Source: the human T2T-CHM13v2.0 reference genome, Homo sapiens. From it: a stretch of 64,000 nucleotides of DNA. The position numbers and the translations under genes were made by a program. The notes under the pieces are model-generated. The model saw only the letters and a list, made by a program, of their open reading frames with translations, did not search any database and was not told where the DNA came from. Numbering within the stretch: position 1 is the first letter of the stretch; each line of letters starts with the position of its first letter. The DNA lies in the NCBI RefSeq assembly GCF_009914755.1, contig NC_060929.1, one strand, 5' to 3'. This document shows positions 52,350-64,000 of the stretch, in pieces.

Positions 52350-52498
52350 TTGGGTCTGGGGACTGCGTTTTCTTCGCCTCGCAGAGGAAGGTCGGCCTTG
52401 CACAAATCCGCCCCCACGAATCCCAAAGAATTGGAGAAAACTTCCACTTTGGGATTATATGCAGTTGGGATTATATGAGCCCGGGGCTTGCACCATGG
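52350..52498 (+). other. CXXC5: Possible upstream alternative non-coding first exon of CXXC5 (start uncertain)
   Basis: Donor-like TGG|GTACGT at 52499 near the 5' edge of the CpG island; no transcript evidence available here. Confidence 0.3.
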
Positions 52499-53389
52499 GT
52501 ACGTGAGGTGAAGACATCTGCAGCAGCAGGATTAATTAGCCTAAGATGGGCATATGGAGGCCACTGATGGAGTGAAAGCGGGATATGCGGGCCCAACTCT
52601 GTCCCCACTGGGCGCCTACTCTGGCAAGGCTGAGTTTTCCTTCTGTCTTTCAATCAGTACCTATTGAGCGCTGCTGTTCCAAGCATTGTTTCGGGTTTTG
52701 AGTGCGTAGGCCATGGTCTCAGGGCACCAAATGTACGTAGTCGTTTTAGCCCCGGGACTCAAGAGTTGAGGCTGATGCCTGCCTGAGAGATAAAATATCC
52801 TTTCTCGGATCAGTTTCCTCACCTGAGAAATGGGAACGGGAATCTCCGCCCCTTTTCTCCCGGGGCCCTAGTGCCCACTGAATCCATTAAGGAGCTCTTG
52901 GAAGGGTGGGGTCTTGGAACACGCGTCTACCTCCCAGGACCCTCGACTAGGAATCTCTGGCCCGCCGCGCACCTGAGCTGGGGGGCGCGGCCAAATTCTC
53001 CCTCCCGGTCCTCGAAGCTTCTGGCCCCGCTCTAGAGGGGGCAGAAAGATAGCAGATTTCCCCGGAGGTGCGTCTCTAAACCCAGACCGCCTCACCAAAG
53101 CGGGGAGGTCGTCCTTTTTTTTTTTTTTTTTGTAAAGTTGCGGGAAATAGGCGAAGACGGGGCGCGCAAGGGAGCTGAGCCTGGGTGGACCGCGTCAGGG
53201 CGCGGGGAGCTCGAGGCGCAGCGGCTGCAGCTCCGGCCTCAGAGCCCGCGGCGTCCAAGTGGCCCGAGCTGCGCTGGGAGGGAGGCGGCGGGAGGAGGGA
53301 GGGGAGCCGAGGTGGAGGGGGTTGGGGGGAGGAGGGAGCGGCGAGTCCGGTCCGGGTTTTGCCGGCAGCCCCCGGGCAGCGTTCATAGC

Positions 53390-53909
53390 TCCTGCCCGGG
53401 CGGGCGCGCGGCGGCGGCGGCAGAGGCGGCTGAGCCTGAGCGGGGATGTAGAGGCGGCGGCAGCAGAGGCGGCACTGGCGGCAAGAGCAGACGCCCGAGC
53501 CGAGCGAGAAGAGCGGCAGAGCCTTATCCCCTGAAGCCGGGCCCCGCGTCCCAGCCCTGCCCAGCCCGCGCCCAGCCATGCGCGCCGCCTGCTGAGTCCG
53601 GGCGCCGCACGCTGAGCCCTCCGCCCGCGAGCCGCGCTCAGCTCGGGGGTGATTAGTTGCTTTTTGTTGTTTTTTAATTTGGGCCGCGGGGAGGGGGAGG
53701 AGGGGCAGGTGCTGCAGGCTCCCCCCCCTCCCCGCCTCGGGCCAGCCGCGGCGGCGCGACTCGGGCTCCGGACCCGGGCACTGCTGGCGGCTGGAGCGGA
53801 GCGCACCGCGGCGGTGGTGCCCAGAGCGGAGCGCAGCTCCCTGCCCCGCCCCTCCCCCTCGGCCTCGCGGCGACGGCGGCGGTGGCGGCTTGGACGACTC
53901 GGAGAGCCG
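53390..53909 (+). other. CXXC5: CXXC5 non-coding first exon (5' UTR; start site approximate)
   Basis: Ends GGCGGCTTGGACGACTCGGAGAGCCG|GTAGGT (donor at 53910), which matches my recall of the CXXC5 mRNA leader. Confidence 0.75.
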
Positions 53910-56049
53910 GTAGGTGTCGGGCCACGGCCCTCCCTCGACCCCCCCCGGAGGCCGGCCCCCTCCCCTTCCCCGCCTACCTCCCTCTCCTCCCCCGGGGTTC
54001 GGTGCGCGGCCGGGGCCGGAGTTCGCTGCAAGTCGGCGGAAAGTTTGGCTGCGCGGGTTCCCCCGAAGTTCAGGTGCGGAGAGCCGGGGACGGGGAAGGA
54101 GGGGTCCGTATTTGGGAGGGGCGGGGGGCGCCCGCACCGTAAGCCGCGGAGCCCCGGAGCCTGGGAGACCTAGCGCCGGTGATCGCTTGGTGGCCGCTGC
54201 TATACCCAAGCCTCCCTAAGCCGCAGTATGCTCGGTCGCAGATCACTGAGTTCAGACAAAAAGAGGGGTTTTAGGGTCTGGGACGGCGTCTTGGGCGCCG
54301 TGGAGTGGGGCTGGGACGCTCCTTGCGGGGTGCCGCCCCCCTCCCCCCCACTACTCCAGTTCGCGGGCGCTGGGGCAGCGGGCGCCCGGGGTCCTCACCT
54401 CTTGGCGTTGGGCGGGCGCTCAGCCTGCGGGGGCGGCTGCTTGTAGATCTCTGGCGCGCACTCCCCCCATCAGACCCCGCTCGCAGCCCTGTGTTGAGGG
54501 GCGACGTTAACTGCTCTGGGCGCCCTCGACCACGCGTGGCTGAGCCTCCCCCACCACTTGGAAGAAGCGGCGGCTACTTCTGCATTTTTCCTCCGGCTCC
54601 TCGCCCCCGCTGCCCGCGGGGTGCCCGGCGGGCTGATGAAGTTTGACCTTTTTTTTCCATCAAAGTATCTCCCCCACCACCACGGTGCCCCGCGGCCCCT
54701 CCCTCCCTCCTTTCCCAGCCTTGGGGAGTCTTTTGAGCTGTCTCCCGAGCCCCGCGTGGGCCACGCAGCGTGCAGAGCCTGGGAGGGAGAATGGGGGTGT
54801 TCCTCTAGCTGCGGAACTGTGGGGGGCGTACGTCCCCGGCGCCTGCCACGCTGCACTGGCCCCAAATTTACCCATGAAGTTCGGCCCGACCCCCCTCCCC
54901 TTCGCTTCCCCGGAGCGGAGTGAGGGGCTGAACCGCCGCGAGAGGAATGTGTTAATTTTCTGGCTGGGGGAAGTTGTCCTCGCCCGGAATGGGCTGCTTT
55001 CCGGCGGGGAGCGCGGGGTGCGCCTGGCTTTGTTTATTTGTAGGATCGACGGAAAGCGAGTGACCCCGGTTTTTAAATGGGGGGCCACCTTCGGGACCTG
55101 TCAGAAGAGCTGAAACGCCCAAAGTGGGAGCAAGATCTCTTTTTGTTCTTTTTTCCCCCCCGGGAATCTGAAGGGGTGCGCGGAGTTGGGCTGGTGCCTC
55201 GGGCTGCAAGGAAGCACCAGTAAATTTGGGGGGTTCTGTAGTGACTCATTCGGAAAGACCCGCTCCCTGAAGTCTCCCGCGACGGGGGTCTGAAGGTTTG
55301 GCAACCGCGCCCTCCTTTGCCCCCTGGACTTTGGGTGGTCTGAGAGTCGCGCCTTCGGATGGGGGGGGAGCTAAGGGGGTGACCAGCGGACCAGACTCCT
55401 GACCCCCACCTTTCCTCGCGCGGCGGGCGCTGTTTGGAGCCCTTGGATTTGTGGTGGGCCCTGTCCCCCCCACCCCCGCATTTTCTTTGGAAGCGTTGGG
55501 GAGGGGGCGTGTGTGAGATCGCTCGGCCCTCGCCCCCGCCGGAGCCGCCCCAGGGCCGCCGGCAAACAGAGTCCCTTTCAAGTTTTCCGCTGGGGCCGCC
55601 TGGCGGGGGCTGCGAGCGCGGTCGCTGCGGACTTGTTTGGAGCGCGATTTGAACGCCCGGCTCCACCTCAGCTGCCCCAGGCCGCGGGGTGGGGGGCGTC
55701 TGTCCTTTGCAGTTGGGAGTATTTAAATTAGACGTCTTGGGGGACCTACTGGCCTAAGCTTCACCTGATCCCCCTCCTGAAAGATGCCCGTGCCTTGGTT
55801 TCCAACCGCCACTAGAAAACCGGGAACTGAGACCGAAGCCCCCTCTAAACCCCTTTCTGAGAGCCGTGCGGGGAAACTCAGGCCGGCGGGCTACCTACCC
55901 GTAACTGCGTATTGTTGATTTAGCAGTTTCCCTAGATGAGAGTCAGGCTGGAGCTTGGGGGGGTGGGGAGTGGCCCGCTCTGCAGCTGTCACCCCCCTCC
56001 CAGAACGGAAATTGTCCTCTCCTTGGGGAGGAGGGAGAGGGGGTGATGG

Positions 56050-56230
56050 TTTGATTTTTGCCCTGGGAAGAGATGGGAACAGCTGAAGGAGATTGGCCTC
56101 CGAGTTCCCAGCCAGCCCCCGGAACTTGGGTAGAACCCCCCTACCCCTCATCCTCGCAGTAGCTGGGTCTCTCCCAGGGACGCCCCTAGTCAGCCTTGGC
56201 CTCCCTCTCCATGCCACCTCCCTTTCCAAG
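56050..56230 (+). other. CXXC5: Probable alternative non-coding first exon of CXXC5 (start uncertain)
   Basis: Strong donor AAG|GTGAGC at 56231 within the CpG island, followed by intronic G-runs. Confidence 0.5.
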
Positions 56231-57211
56231 GTGAGCCTCTGCAGAAGACAGACCCTTGGCTGGCTGGCTGTCGGGTTGGTGCCTTATTTATGTGTGTATC
56301 TGGTCCTGGCCGTTTTCCCCGCTCAGCAGGTGACCCTGGCCAGGGCCTCCTATCTCTCCCGCGACAGAGCCTGTTGACTTACCCGAGGGCCAGTGGCCTC
56401 GTCTTTATCACGTGAGGCCTGGAATGTCCACCCAGCTGGGCTAGGCTGGGCTGGGCTGGGCTGGGGTGGGTGGGGGAAGGGGAGGGGAGGATTCTGCATC
56501 CAGGGCACCGGCCAGCACAGGCCCATGTTCCATGGGTTCCCACTGTGACCCTCAACTCTTGCTGCCCCTTTCCTGCTCTGCCTGCCTCCTACTCATTTGG
56601 CACATGTGAAACTGAGACCCATAGGAGTGTGGGGGCAGGCTTGTATCTGGGTGAAGAAACAAGTCCAGGGGAATGAAATACCCTGCCTTCTTCAGGACTG
56701 ACTGCACCTTGTTGTTTATGGGAGGATGGAGTGGAGGGAGTCTTGCTAGGAGGGAGAGAGGGATGTGGGCTGGGCTGACTTTCCAGGTTGCAGGATAGGG
56801 TGGAGGAATGAGGGAATACGGGTGAGCCAGACCCAAGCCTGGGTTCCTAGAGCCCCTGTCTGGTGGCTTGATCATTTAGTCCGAATTAACAAGCATGATG
56901 CTCTGGGGCATGCCCTAATTGAACAAGAATGGGGGGGTTCACACATTGTTATTACGTTACTATTGCCCACTCTTTATATGTTATTCATTTGTTGGCCCAA
57001 TATGTTTGTATTGAGCACCTACTGTGTATCAAACCCCACCCTTCTGGTGGTACACAAATGAATCACTGCTCCAGCTCTGGAGGCAGGCCCAGGATAGAAG
57101 CTCCGCCCCGTTTCCCCGCCCCCTGGGGCCCTGATTGGGGCTTTCCCTCTTTTCTTTTTTCTGGGGCTCTCCCTCTCTTACCCCCACCACCTGGTCCCAT
57201 CCTAGCCGCCG

Positions 57212-57213
57212 GC

Positions 57214-57258
<45 letters not shown>
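57212..57258. repeat. Compound microsatellite (GC)8G(TG)15
   Basis: Directly visible 47-bp perfectly alternating purine-pyrimidine tract. Confidence 0.97.
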
Positions 57259-57259
<1 letters not shown>

Positions 57260-60200
57260 CTGTGTATGTGTGTGTGAAGTGTCCTTGATTAAGTGTATTA
57301 ATAGTTAAACTCTCACTCATAGCTGGAACTCACCAGACCACAAAAAGCCTCCCCCGTTACTCACGCGCTACTGCCCAACAAGAATATCCCACTAAAGTTT
57401 TTTTCTGCTTTCTCTTACTTCCCCCTCACCTCCCCCCAACGCTGAGCCCACCCTTCCTGGATTCGAGCAATGAGAAAGGACTGCCCCCTAAAGACCCAGG
57501 AATCTCCAACCCTCCACCTGCCCCCTAAAGCCAGAGGCAGTGTCAGCTGACAGAGATGAGGCTGTGTGGGCACTAGTCTGTTGTTCTGGGATGTGGGAAT
57601 CTGGGTGATGTGTGCTTATGACTCAGGACATGTGTGTCTCTAAGTAGTGTATCTATATCTGTGAATCTCTGTGTTGAATGTCTGTCTCAGGGTGTGGGAG
57701 TCTGAACATACATGGATTTATGAATCAGGGCATGTATATTTGTCCTGATCTAGAAGTGTGTGGATCTGTAGTGTATGTGTACATGTGTGTTTGTGAATCT
57801 GAGATTGTATTTCTGAAGATTGGCTATGTCCCTGTGAATCTGGGAATGAATATATTCTGTGAGCTGTGTGTGCTTGGAATTTTGGAGAGTTTGGATTTGT
57901 GATTTGTGTGTATCTGTGTGCTTTGTATATGCTTATAAATCTGGGGGATCTGACTCTGAGTAGAGTGTGTCTGAATTGTGAATGTGGGAGTGGGCCTGTC
58001 TGTGCTGTATGGACAGTGGTTTCTCTCTGTCTGTGGTGGCGGCTGGCTATGTTTTCCTTTCTCTTTCTGTATCTCCGTCTTACTGAATCTCCCCCTCTGG
58101 TTGTTTGAGGCCCTGAATGTGTGTGTAGCATGGAGTGTGTGTGTGTAGAACTGAACCTCTCACACCCAGTCCTTCCCCCTGCAACCCCTACACCCCTTCC
58201 CTCCCCAGCAGTAACTGGGCAGCCTCCCCGTCTGCCTGCCTGCTGGGAGTTTTGGAAGCCGCAGAGGGAGACAGGCTGGGGCTGGGGTGACAGCGTGTAT
58301 CCACGGCAATGGTAGCATGTGATTACGGGAATAAAAGGATTTTAAGGTCATGGGTGGGTTTTCTGGAGGGAGGGGGTTGTGCCCCCACAACCCACCATTT
58401 GGTGGAGCCAGTGGCAGCAAAGGGCCAGCCTGTGTGTCTCCATGCTGGGAAGCCTGCCCCTATGCAGGTGAATGTGGATATGTGGGGCTTACCTGGGAGT
58501 GTGAGCACATGCTTGCACATGTATGAACGGAGCCTGTGAGAGCATGTGTGTCTGGCTGCCAGATCCCCAGATGAGAGTCCATAGGCTTGTTCCCTGGGGG
58601 AGGATTCCCAGGAAAACTTCTTGCTTCTGGGTATTACATGGAGCTGGAACCCCACAGTCCTCTGTATGTTGAGAAGCAGTCTGGTCCCAACCTTTCCCTG
58701 TACCCATACTCCCAACCCCAAGTCTAGTGTCTCTGGCCAGAGACTGACTGGGCCAAGTCACCTGGGCCAGGCCACATCTTGGGGTGTCAGTGCCCTGGCC
58801 CCGCTCCAGCCCCTGTAATTGCATTCTGCCGCCTAATCCCCCGCCAGCTCAATTAGATCGCAAATTCTTCTTCATTTCCTGCCTCTGATGCTGGCCTCCC
58901 TCTGGGCTCACAGGGCCTAGGAGGGAGGGAGGGGATCCTGCCCCGCCTTCCACAGCACTAGGGGCTCTAGAGAGGTGATTAGTTCCAGGCACACTGGCCC
59001 CAGAGCACAGGTTAGAACCCTGGGGACCAACAAGACAGGGCTCCACTGGCCCTTTTTGGGTCAGCCTCAGTATCCTCACACTAGGGCAGGGCTGGTGTTA
59101 CCTGGTATGGGGGCTCTGGGTAGACCAAGCAGATCACTCTAGCCAGGACCCTAGCTTGTACCCTCACCTGGGGCTCCTACAGGCTCTGCCCCTCTCCCAT
59201 CCTCAAAGCAGTTGCCATCTCCCCAACCCCCCACGGCAGTTGTGACCTTGTTTTTTGACCTTTTCTGGGTGTCCCTTGTCAGAGCCAATTGAACCACTGA
59301 GCTCCACTGCTACCGGCTCCTCCTAACCTCCACCCAGACAAGTGTGTATGAGCAGTGGCTCTAGAGTCCATCAGATCTGACTCCAAATCCTGGACATGTC
59401 ACTGCCTAGCTGGATGTGTGACATTTGGGCCAGTTGTGTTATCTCTACAAACCTCAGTTTCCTAATCTCTGAAATTGGACGGTAAGAGAATGCCTGCCTC
59501 ACAAGGTCATTTTCAGATGGACACAGATGGTTGCATAGTGCCTGGCAGGGAGAGGTGCTCACCTACAATCTGTATTCAGTAAACACTGGCTTTTATAGAG
59601 ACAAGGAATGCATGTCCCCCGTGAATCCTAAGAAAATAACATGTGGCTCACACCTCGCACTTCTGTCTCCATTCAGCTGATTACCAGGTGTGTGACCGTG
59701 GGTGCATCACTTTGTCTGACTTTCTCTTCCTCATCTGTAAAATGGGACTGATAATAGGACAGACCCCATGGGGCACATGGTAGCCTTCTCTGAGATGATG
59801 TGTGCAGATGCTTGGCCTCAGTATGTTTTCAAGGTGTTACTTGCCTTCTTTCTTTCCTCACCCCAAGCCTAGGGTGGGGTAGAGCTGGTGAAGACACAGG
59901 CTCAGGGACAAGGGGACTGACCCAGGTGGTGAAGCTAGTAATGGGGCCAGGCTGGGGTAGCGTGGGAGGGCTGGGGGGTGACCTGCTGGCTCAGCTGAGC
60001 TGTGAGGCCCAGCCGTCCCTCCCCACAGGTCTCTGTGGAAAGTGGTGGCTTGGCTGATTTTTCCTGGGAAGGAGAAGCTGGATGTCTCCCGCTCCTTCCC
60101 CAGGAGGTGCCGTGGCAGCGGCTGTGTTGACAGGCCTCCTGGCTTTCTTGATAGGGTGGCTGGCAGCTCTGGAAGGCCGGCTGTACCCAGATCAGCCCTA

Positions 60201-61749
60201 GGGAAGAGGGAACTGCAGAGGTCTCCCTGCCATCACTAATCCCCGAGGCCCATCCCACCCTCAGCCTGTCCCTCCATCGCAGGAGGAGAGCTGGGGAGAC
60301 TGGCTGTGATGGAGGTGGTGGAGAGACAGGCCAGAGGTGGGGCAGCCCTCCGCCTCAGGGTTCCCCATTGCTCCCTGGCTAGTCTCCTGCTTCCTATGAC
60401 CTTTGTCACTCACTGGCCTAGCTCTTCAATATTTCATGGCCCTTCAAGCCGGCCCCCTACCCCAGCCCACACAGCCCCCTTTGTCTCTGCCTGCCACCCC
60501 CCGCCGCCCCCCTGGGCATCCCTGCCGCTGAATTACTGACCCAGAGGCTGCCTCTGCCTTCTCCTAACTGTCCCCCACTGTGCCTGCCCCTGACACTTTC
60601 CCTATCCCTCCTGACCTACCTCCCCACACCTCTCCTTGTGACACCCTTCATCTCTTCGGGATTCTCTCCCCTTCGCTGACATCTCTGACCATCTCCCTGC
60701 CCTTTTCCTCCATTTCCCTCTTTTGTTGGCCTCCTCCTTCCCAGTGGAACAGAAACCGCGGCAACTGGTCCGCCTGCCTGTCCACCCCCCAACCACTGTC
60801 CACCCCTTCCTGCCCCCTCCCCCACCAGCTGTGCCGGCCGGCCGTGAGAGCTGGTTTTATTTATTTTTCTGTTTGTTTGGGAAGAGGGCAGTGGCGGCTC
60901 TGGGCCCTGGCTGCTGCGCTCTGCTTAGAGCAGCGGGCAGGCGGGCCTCACTGGCCTCCCAGGAATGTGGCTGGGACGCCCCAGCTATATTTACTCCCCT
61001 CCAGCTGCCGGCCCCAGCAGGGCAGAGCCAGGCCTGCCTGGTGGCCCCCGGGGAGCCCTGTACCCGCCCTCCTCTGTCTGGCAGACCCTACATCGCCCTT
61101 GGGCCCAGCACTCCCTCCCTTGCCTGTGACCTTTTCTGACCTCCTCAGACGTGCCCAGCCTGCCAGCAGGAACACTTGTGTGCCATGCCAGTACGGGCGT
61201 AATGTTCGGGCACTGGGGGCCTGGGTTCCTGTGGGGCAACCCCTAGCGGCCCCTACACACCCAAGTAGGGGCCTAGGCTGGGCCTGTAATCCGATGGCCA
61301 GAACTATGCAAAGCATCTTTCCAGGCCTTTCTCTGTGGGCCTGGCCCCTGCTCTTGCCACAGTCCCCTTGGCTCTGCTGTGATCACTGGCAGGGGTGGTG
61401 TCAGGTGGGGGCCTCAGTGGGCTTGAGTGGCTGTGCTCCTGGCATCACTGGATCCCCAGGTCTCTCACACAGGCACACATATGTACGTGTAACACACCTA
61501 AGTGCTTACATACACACACATGTGTGCAGAAAGACACCCTCACCCATGAAAACATGCTGGCTTATACCTTCCTTGCAGGCAGGGCCGTGCCTCCTGTCAT
61601 TGATCCCCTCATTCATCAGATGCTTATTGGGGCTGCTTATTGGGCCTGCTCCTTGCCAGCCTTGCAATGGGATATGGCAGTGATTACTTCTTGTACCCCC
61701 AGTGCCTGGCACCAAATAAGTGTTTGAAGAACTTTAGCTGCTGCTGTAA

Positions 61750-62133
<384 letters not shown>

Positions 62134-62149
62134 TAGCCCAACGAAAGTC

Positions 62150-62312
62150 CTCTCTGTGGCAGGCACCATGTTAACAGCTTTCTGACTTTCACTTTTTTTC
62201 ATCCCCACAGTAGCCTCAGGTGACATGGGCCCATACCTGGGACAGATGCATGTTGTTAGCATCCCCATATACAGATAAGGAAACTGAGGCCTTGGGAGTT
62301 TGTGGCTTGCCA
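62150..62312 (-). mobile_element. MIR fragment carrying an internal ~33-bp insertion
   Basis: TCATCCCCACAGTAGCCT ... CATCCCCATATACAGATAAGGAAACTGAGGC follows the antisense MIR core. Confidence 0.65.
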
Positions 62313-64000
62313 CTGCCTAGTGGGATGGAGTCCTGGCAGAGCCCTTGACAGGCTGTTGGCCTCTGTGTGCTGTTTCCTGCACCTTCCACACTATCTGGCA
62401 CACAGAAGGGACTCCTTAAATGCTTGCTGGGCACAGGCCTTGCTCTTTCCTCTTTGAGGCCCCCATAACCCTTGGCAATGGGCTGGATGTGTTGGGAGAT
62501 GGGCTGATAGGCTAGTTGGGCAGACAAAAGTGAATGAATGAATGACTGGATGACTGGTGGTGAGGATAAGTACTGTCAGGGGACACTGGGGTAGGGGGTT
62601 GCTGGTGGACAGGCTGGCAGGTGGAGACCTACTGGCCCTGTGGAGGATTCTGGGAAGCAAGGTAGGGGCAAGGCGGAGAGATGTGGCCAGAGAGCAATAG
62701 GCTGCTAAGCCAAGCCAGTGGGGCGGGTCCTATCTTCTTTGAGGACCACAATTTTTCCATCTGTCAGATGGGCTTGGGAGCCTTTGTCCTGGCTGGCTGC
62801 CGGCTGGCCTGGGCTGGGACTGGCCTGGGAGGTGAGGGGACTGTGGCGGGAAGGAGGAAGCAGTGGGTGGTGAAGACAGGAAGATAAAGCGTGGAGCTTG
62901 GCTTGGAACCTGAGAAGCAGAGACCAGCCCTGACCTGACGCCCGCCCTCCCTCCCTCCTAGCCGCAGGATGGGGTGCAGGCATGCAAACCCCCCACCACC
63001 CACTCTCACTCTGGTGCGGGCTGACTTCCTGACATCTGTGGCATTAGTGGCTGTGTGTGCCAGGAGGAGGTGGCCTGTCCCCTAGGACTAGACCAGCTTC
63101 TCTCCAGGCCAGGGGCTCCCGACAGCTTCATGCCAGTTCCTGTTGACTCTGATGGGAGAGACCCAGCCCCTCTCCTGCCTGACCCACCTCCCCCAGAACT
63201 AGATGGGAAATTAGTTAACTGGGCTCATAGCAGTAGGCAGAAGTGGACCTGGCCCCCTTTCTTCCTGGGGCGGTCAGATCTTGGTGGCCTAGAATTTCTT
63301 AGTCATGGGAGTCTAGAATCATAGATAGAATGCTTGGAATGGAGGCATTTTTCAAGTCAGGATTCTCGTTGGGATTCTGGAATCACAGAACCATGGATTT
63401 TGCTGCTAGAAGGAAGTGTAAATGGTCATGTTTCAGTCTCCTTGTTTGATGCTAGGGGACACTGAAGCTCTAGGGGTCAGGCTGCCCTGAGGTCACAGGG
63501 CCTCTTGTCCTCAGGTGACATGAGCCCATACCTGGGACAGAAATACCTGTTCTGCCCCTAGCCAGCCCCTCTCTGGAGCTCTAGCCGGTGTGGAGAGTGG
63601 GCTGTGGGCCCAGTCAGGCAGTGGGGGGATGCGGCTGGCCCACAGGCACAGGAGGGGTCCTCTTGGCGGTGCCCGCCCGCCCGCTGCCCACGCTTCCCGA
63701 GGCACCAGCGTGAGGAGGAAATGCAGGCTGTTGCTTCCAGCAACAGCCGGCAGGGCCGGGCGGCTTCCCAGCTCCCCCTCTGACTCATGGCCGCCTGCAG
63801 CTCCCCCTCCCTTGGGGTCCTCAGCAGCCCCATCTGTGCAATGGGGAGAGGAGGCTTTTTTCAAGGTCTAACATCACCCTGACAATACCTTGGGATTCTT
63901 TTCAAGACCACTGTTGAACTGTAGGAGAGTTAGGAGTGTCATCTAGAGCAGCCTAGCTGGGCGTTTGAACCCAGAACACTGAGAGATTCTGTTTGGAGTC

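Larger units (their letters stand above)
52050..56450 (+). promoter_or_regulatory. CXXC5: Large CpG island, promoter region of CXXC5
   Basis: ~4 kb of very high GC/CpG with GGC repeats and GC boxes; contains sequence I recall as the CXXC5 5' UTR; CXXC5 is the known downstream neighbour of UBE2D2 on human 5q31. Confidence 0.85.

Noticed and set aside
53076-54209. 377-aa minus-strand ORF and overlapping long ORFs in the CpG island
   Set aside because: Low-complexity Pro/Gly/Arg/Ala translation, open in several frames at once; expected from stop-codon scarcity in very GC-rich DNA
55885-57370. Several minus-strand donor-like motifs (e.g. CGG|GTAAGT near 56380, GTGAGT near 57360) hinting at an antisense lncRNA
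   Set aside because: Cannot be assembled into exons from sequence alone; needs transcript data
60580-61683. 367-aa plus-strand ORF in CXXC5 intron 1
   Set aside because: Starts at GTG, Pro/Leu/Cys-rich with no recognisable domain, C-rich composition; not the CXXC5 protein

Overview
Primate (human-like) genomic DNA in two distinct halves. Bases 1-38.3 kb are AT-rich and Alu-saturated. They hold the last six coding exons and 3' UTR of the E2 ubiquitin-conjugating enzyme gene UBE2D2 (+ strand; the first coding exon lies upstream of the window). Intron 2 contains a nested retrocopy stack: an HSPE1 processed pseudogene inserted into the 3' UTR of an antisense H3.3 (H3F3A-type) processed pseudogene, with Alus inside both. 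Bases 38.3-64 kb are GC-rich and almost Alu-free, with an orphan CpG island (~42.4-43.5 kb) and a large CpG island (~52-56.4 kb). I recognise the large island as the promoter and non-coding first exon(s) of CXXC5; no CXXC5 coding exon is in the window. Most notable observations: (1) UBE2D2 exons 3-5 form a 216-nt symmetric module between inverted Alus, and its back-spliced circle would be a stop-free endless ORF with a strong-Kozak AUG and the catalytic Cys; (2) the pseudogene-in-pseudogene nest; (3) an 84-bp, 83/84-identical inverted repeat in apparently unique DNA; (4) several templated or tandem micro-duplications. Gene and repeat-family names come from my recall of the sequences, not from a database search. 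Nearly all ORFs in the supplied track are Alu- or GC-derived noise.
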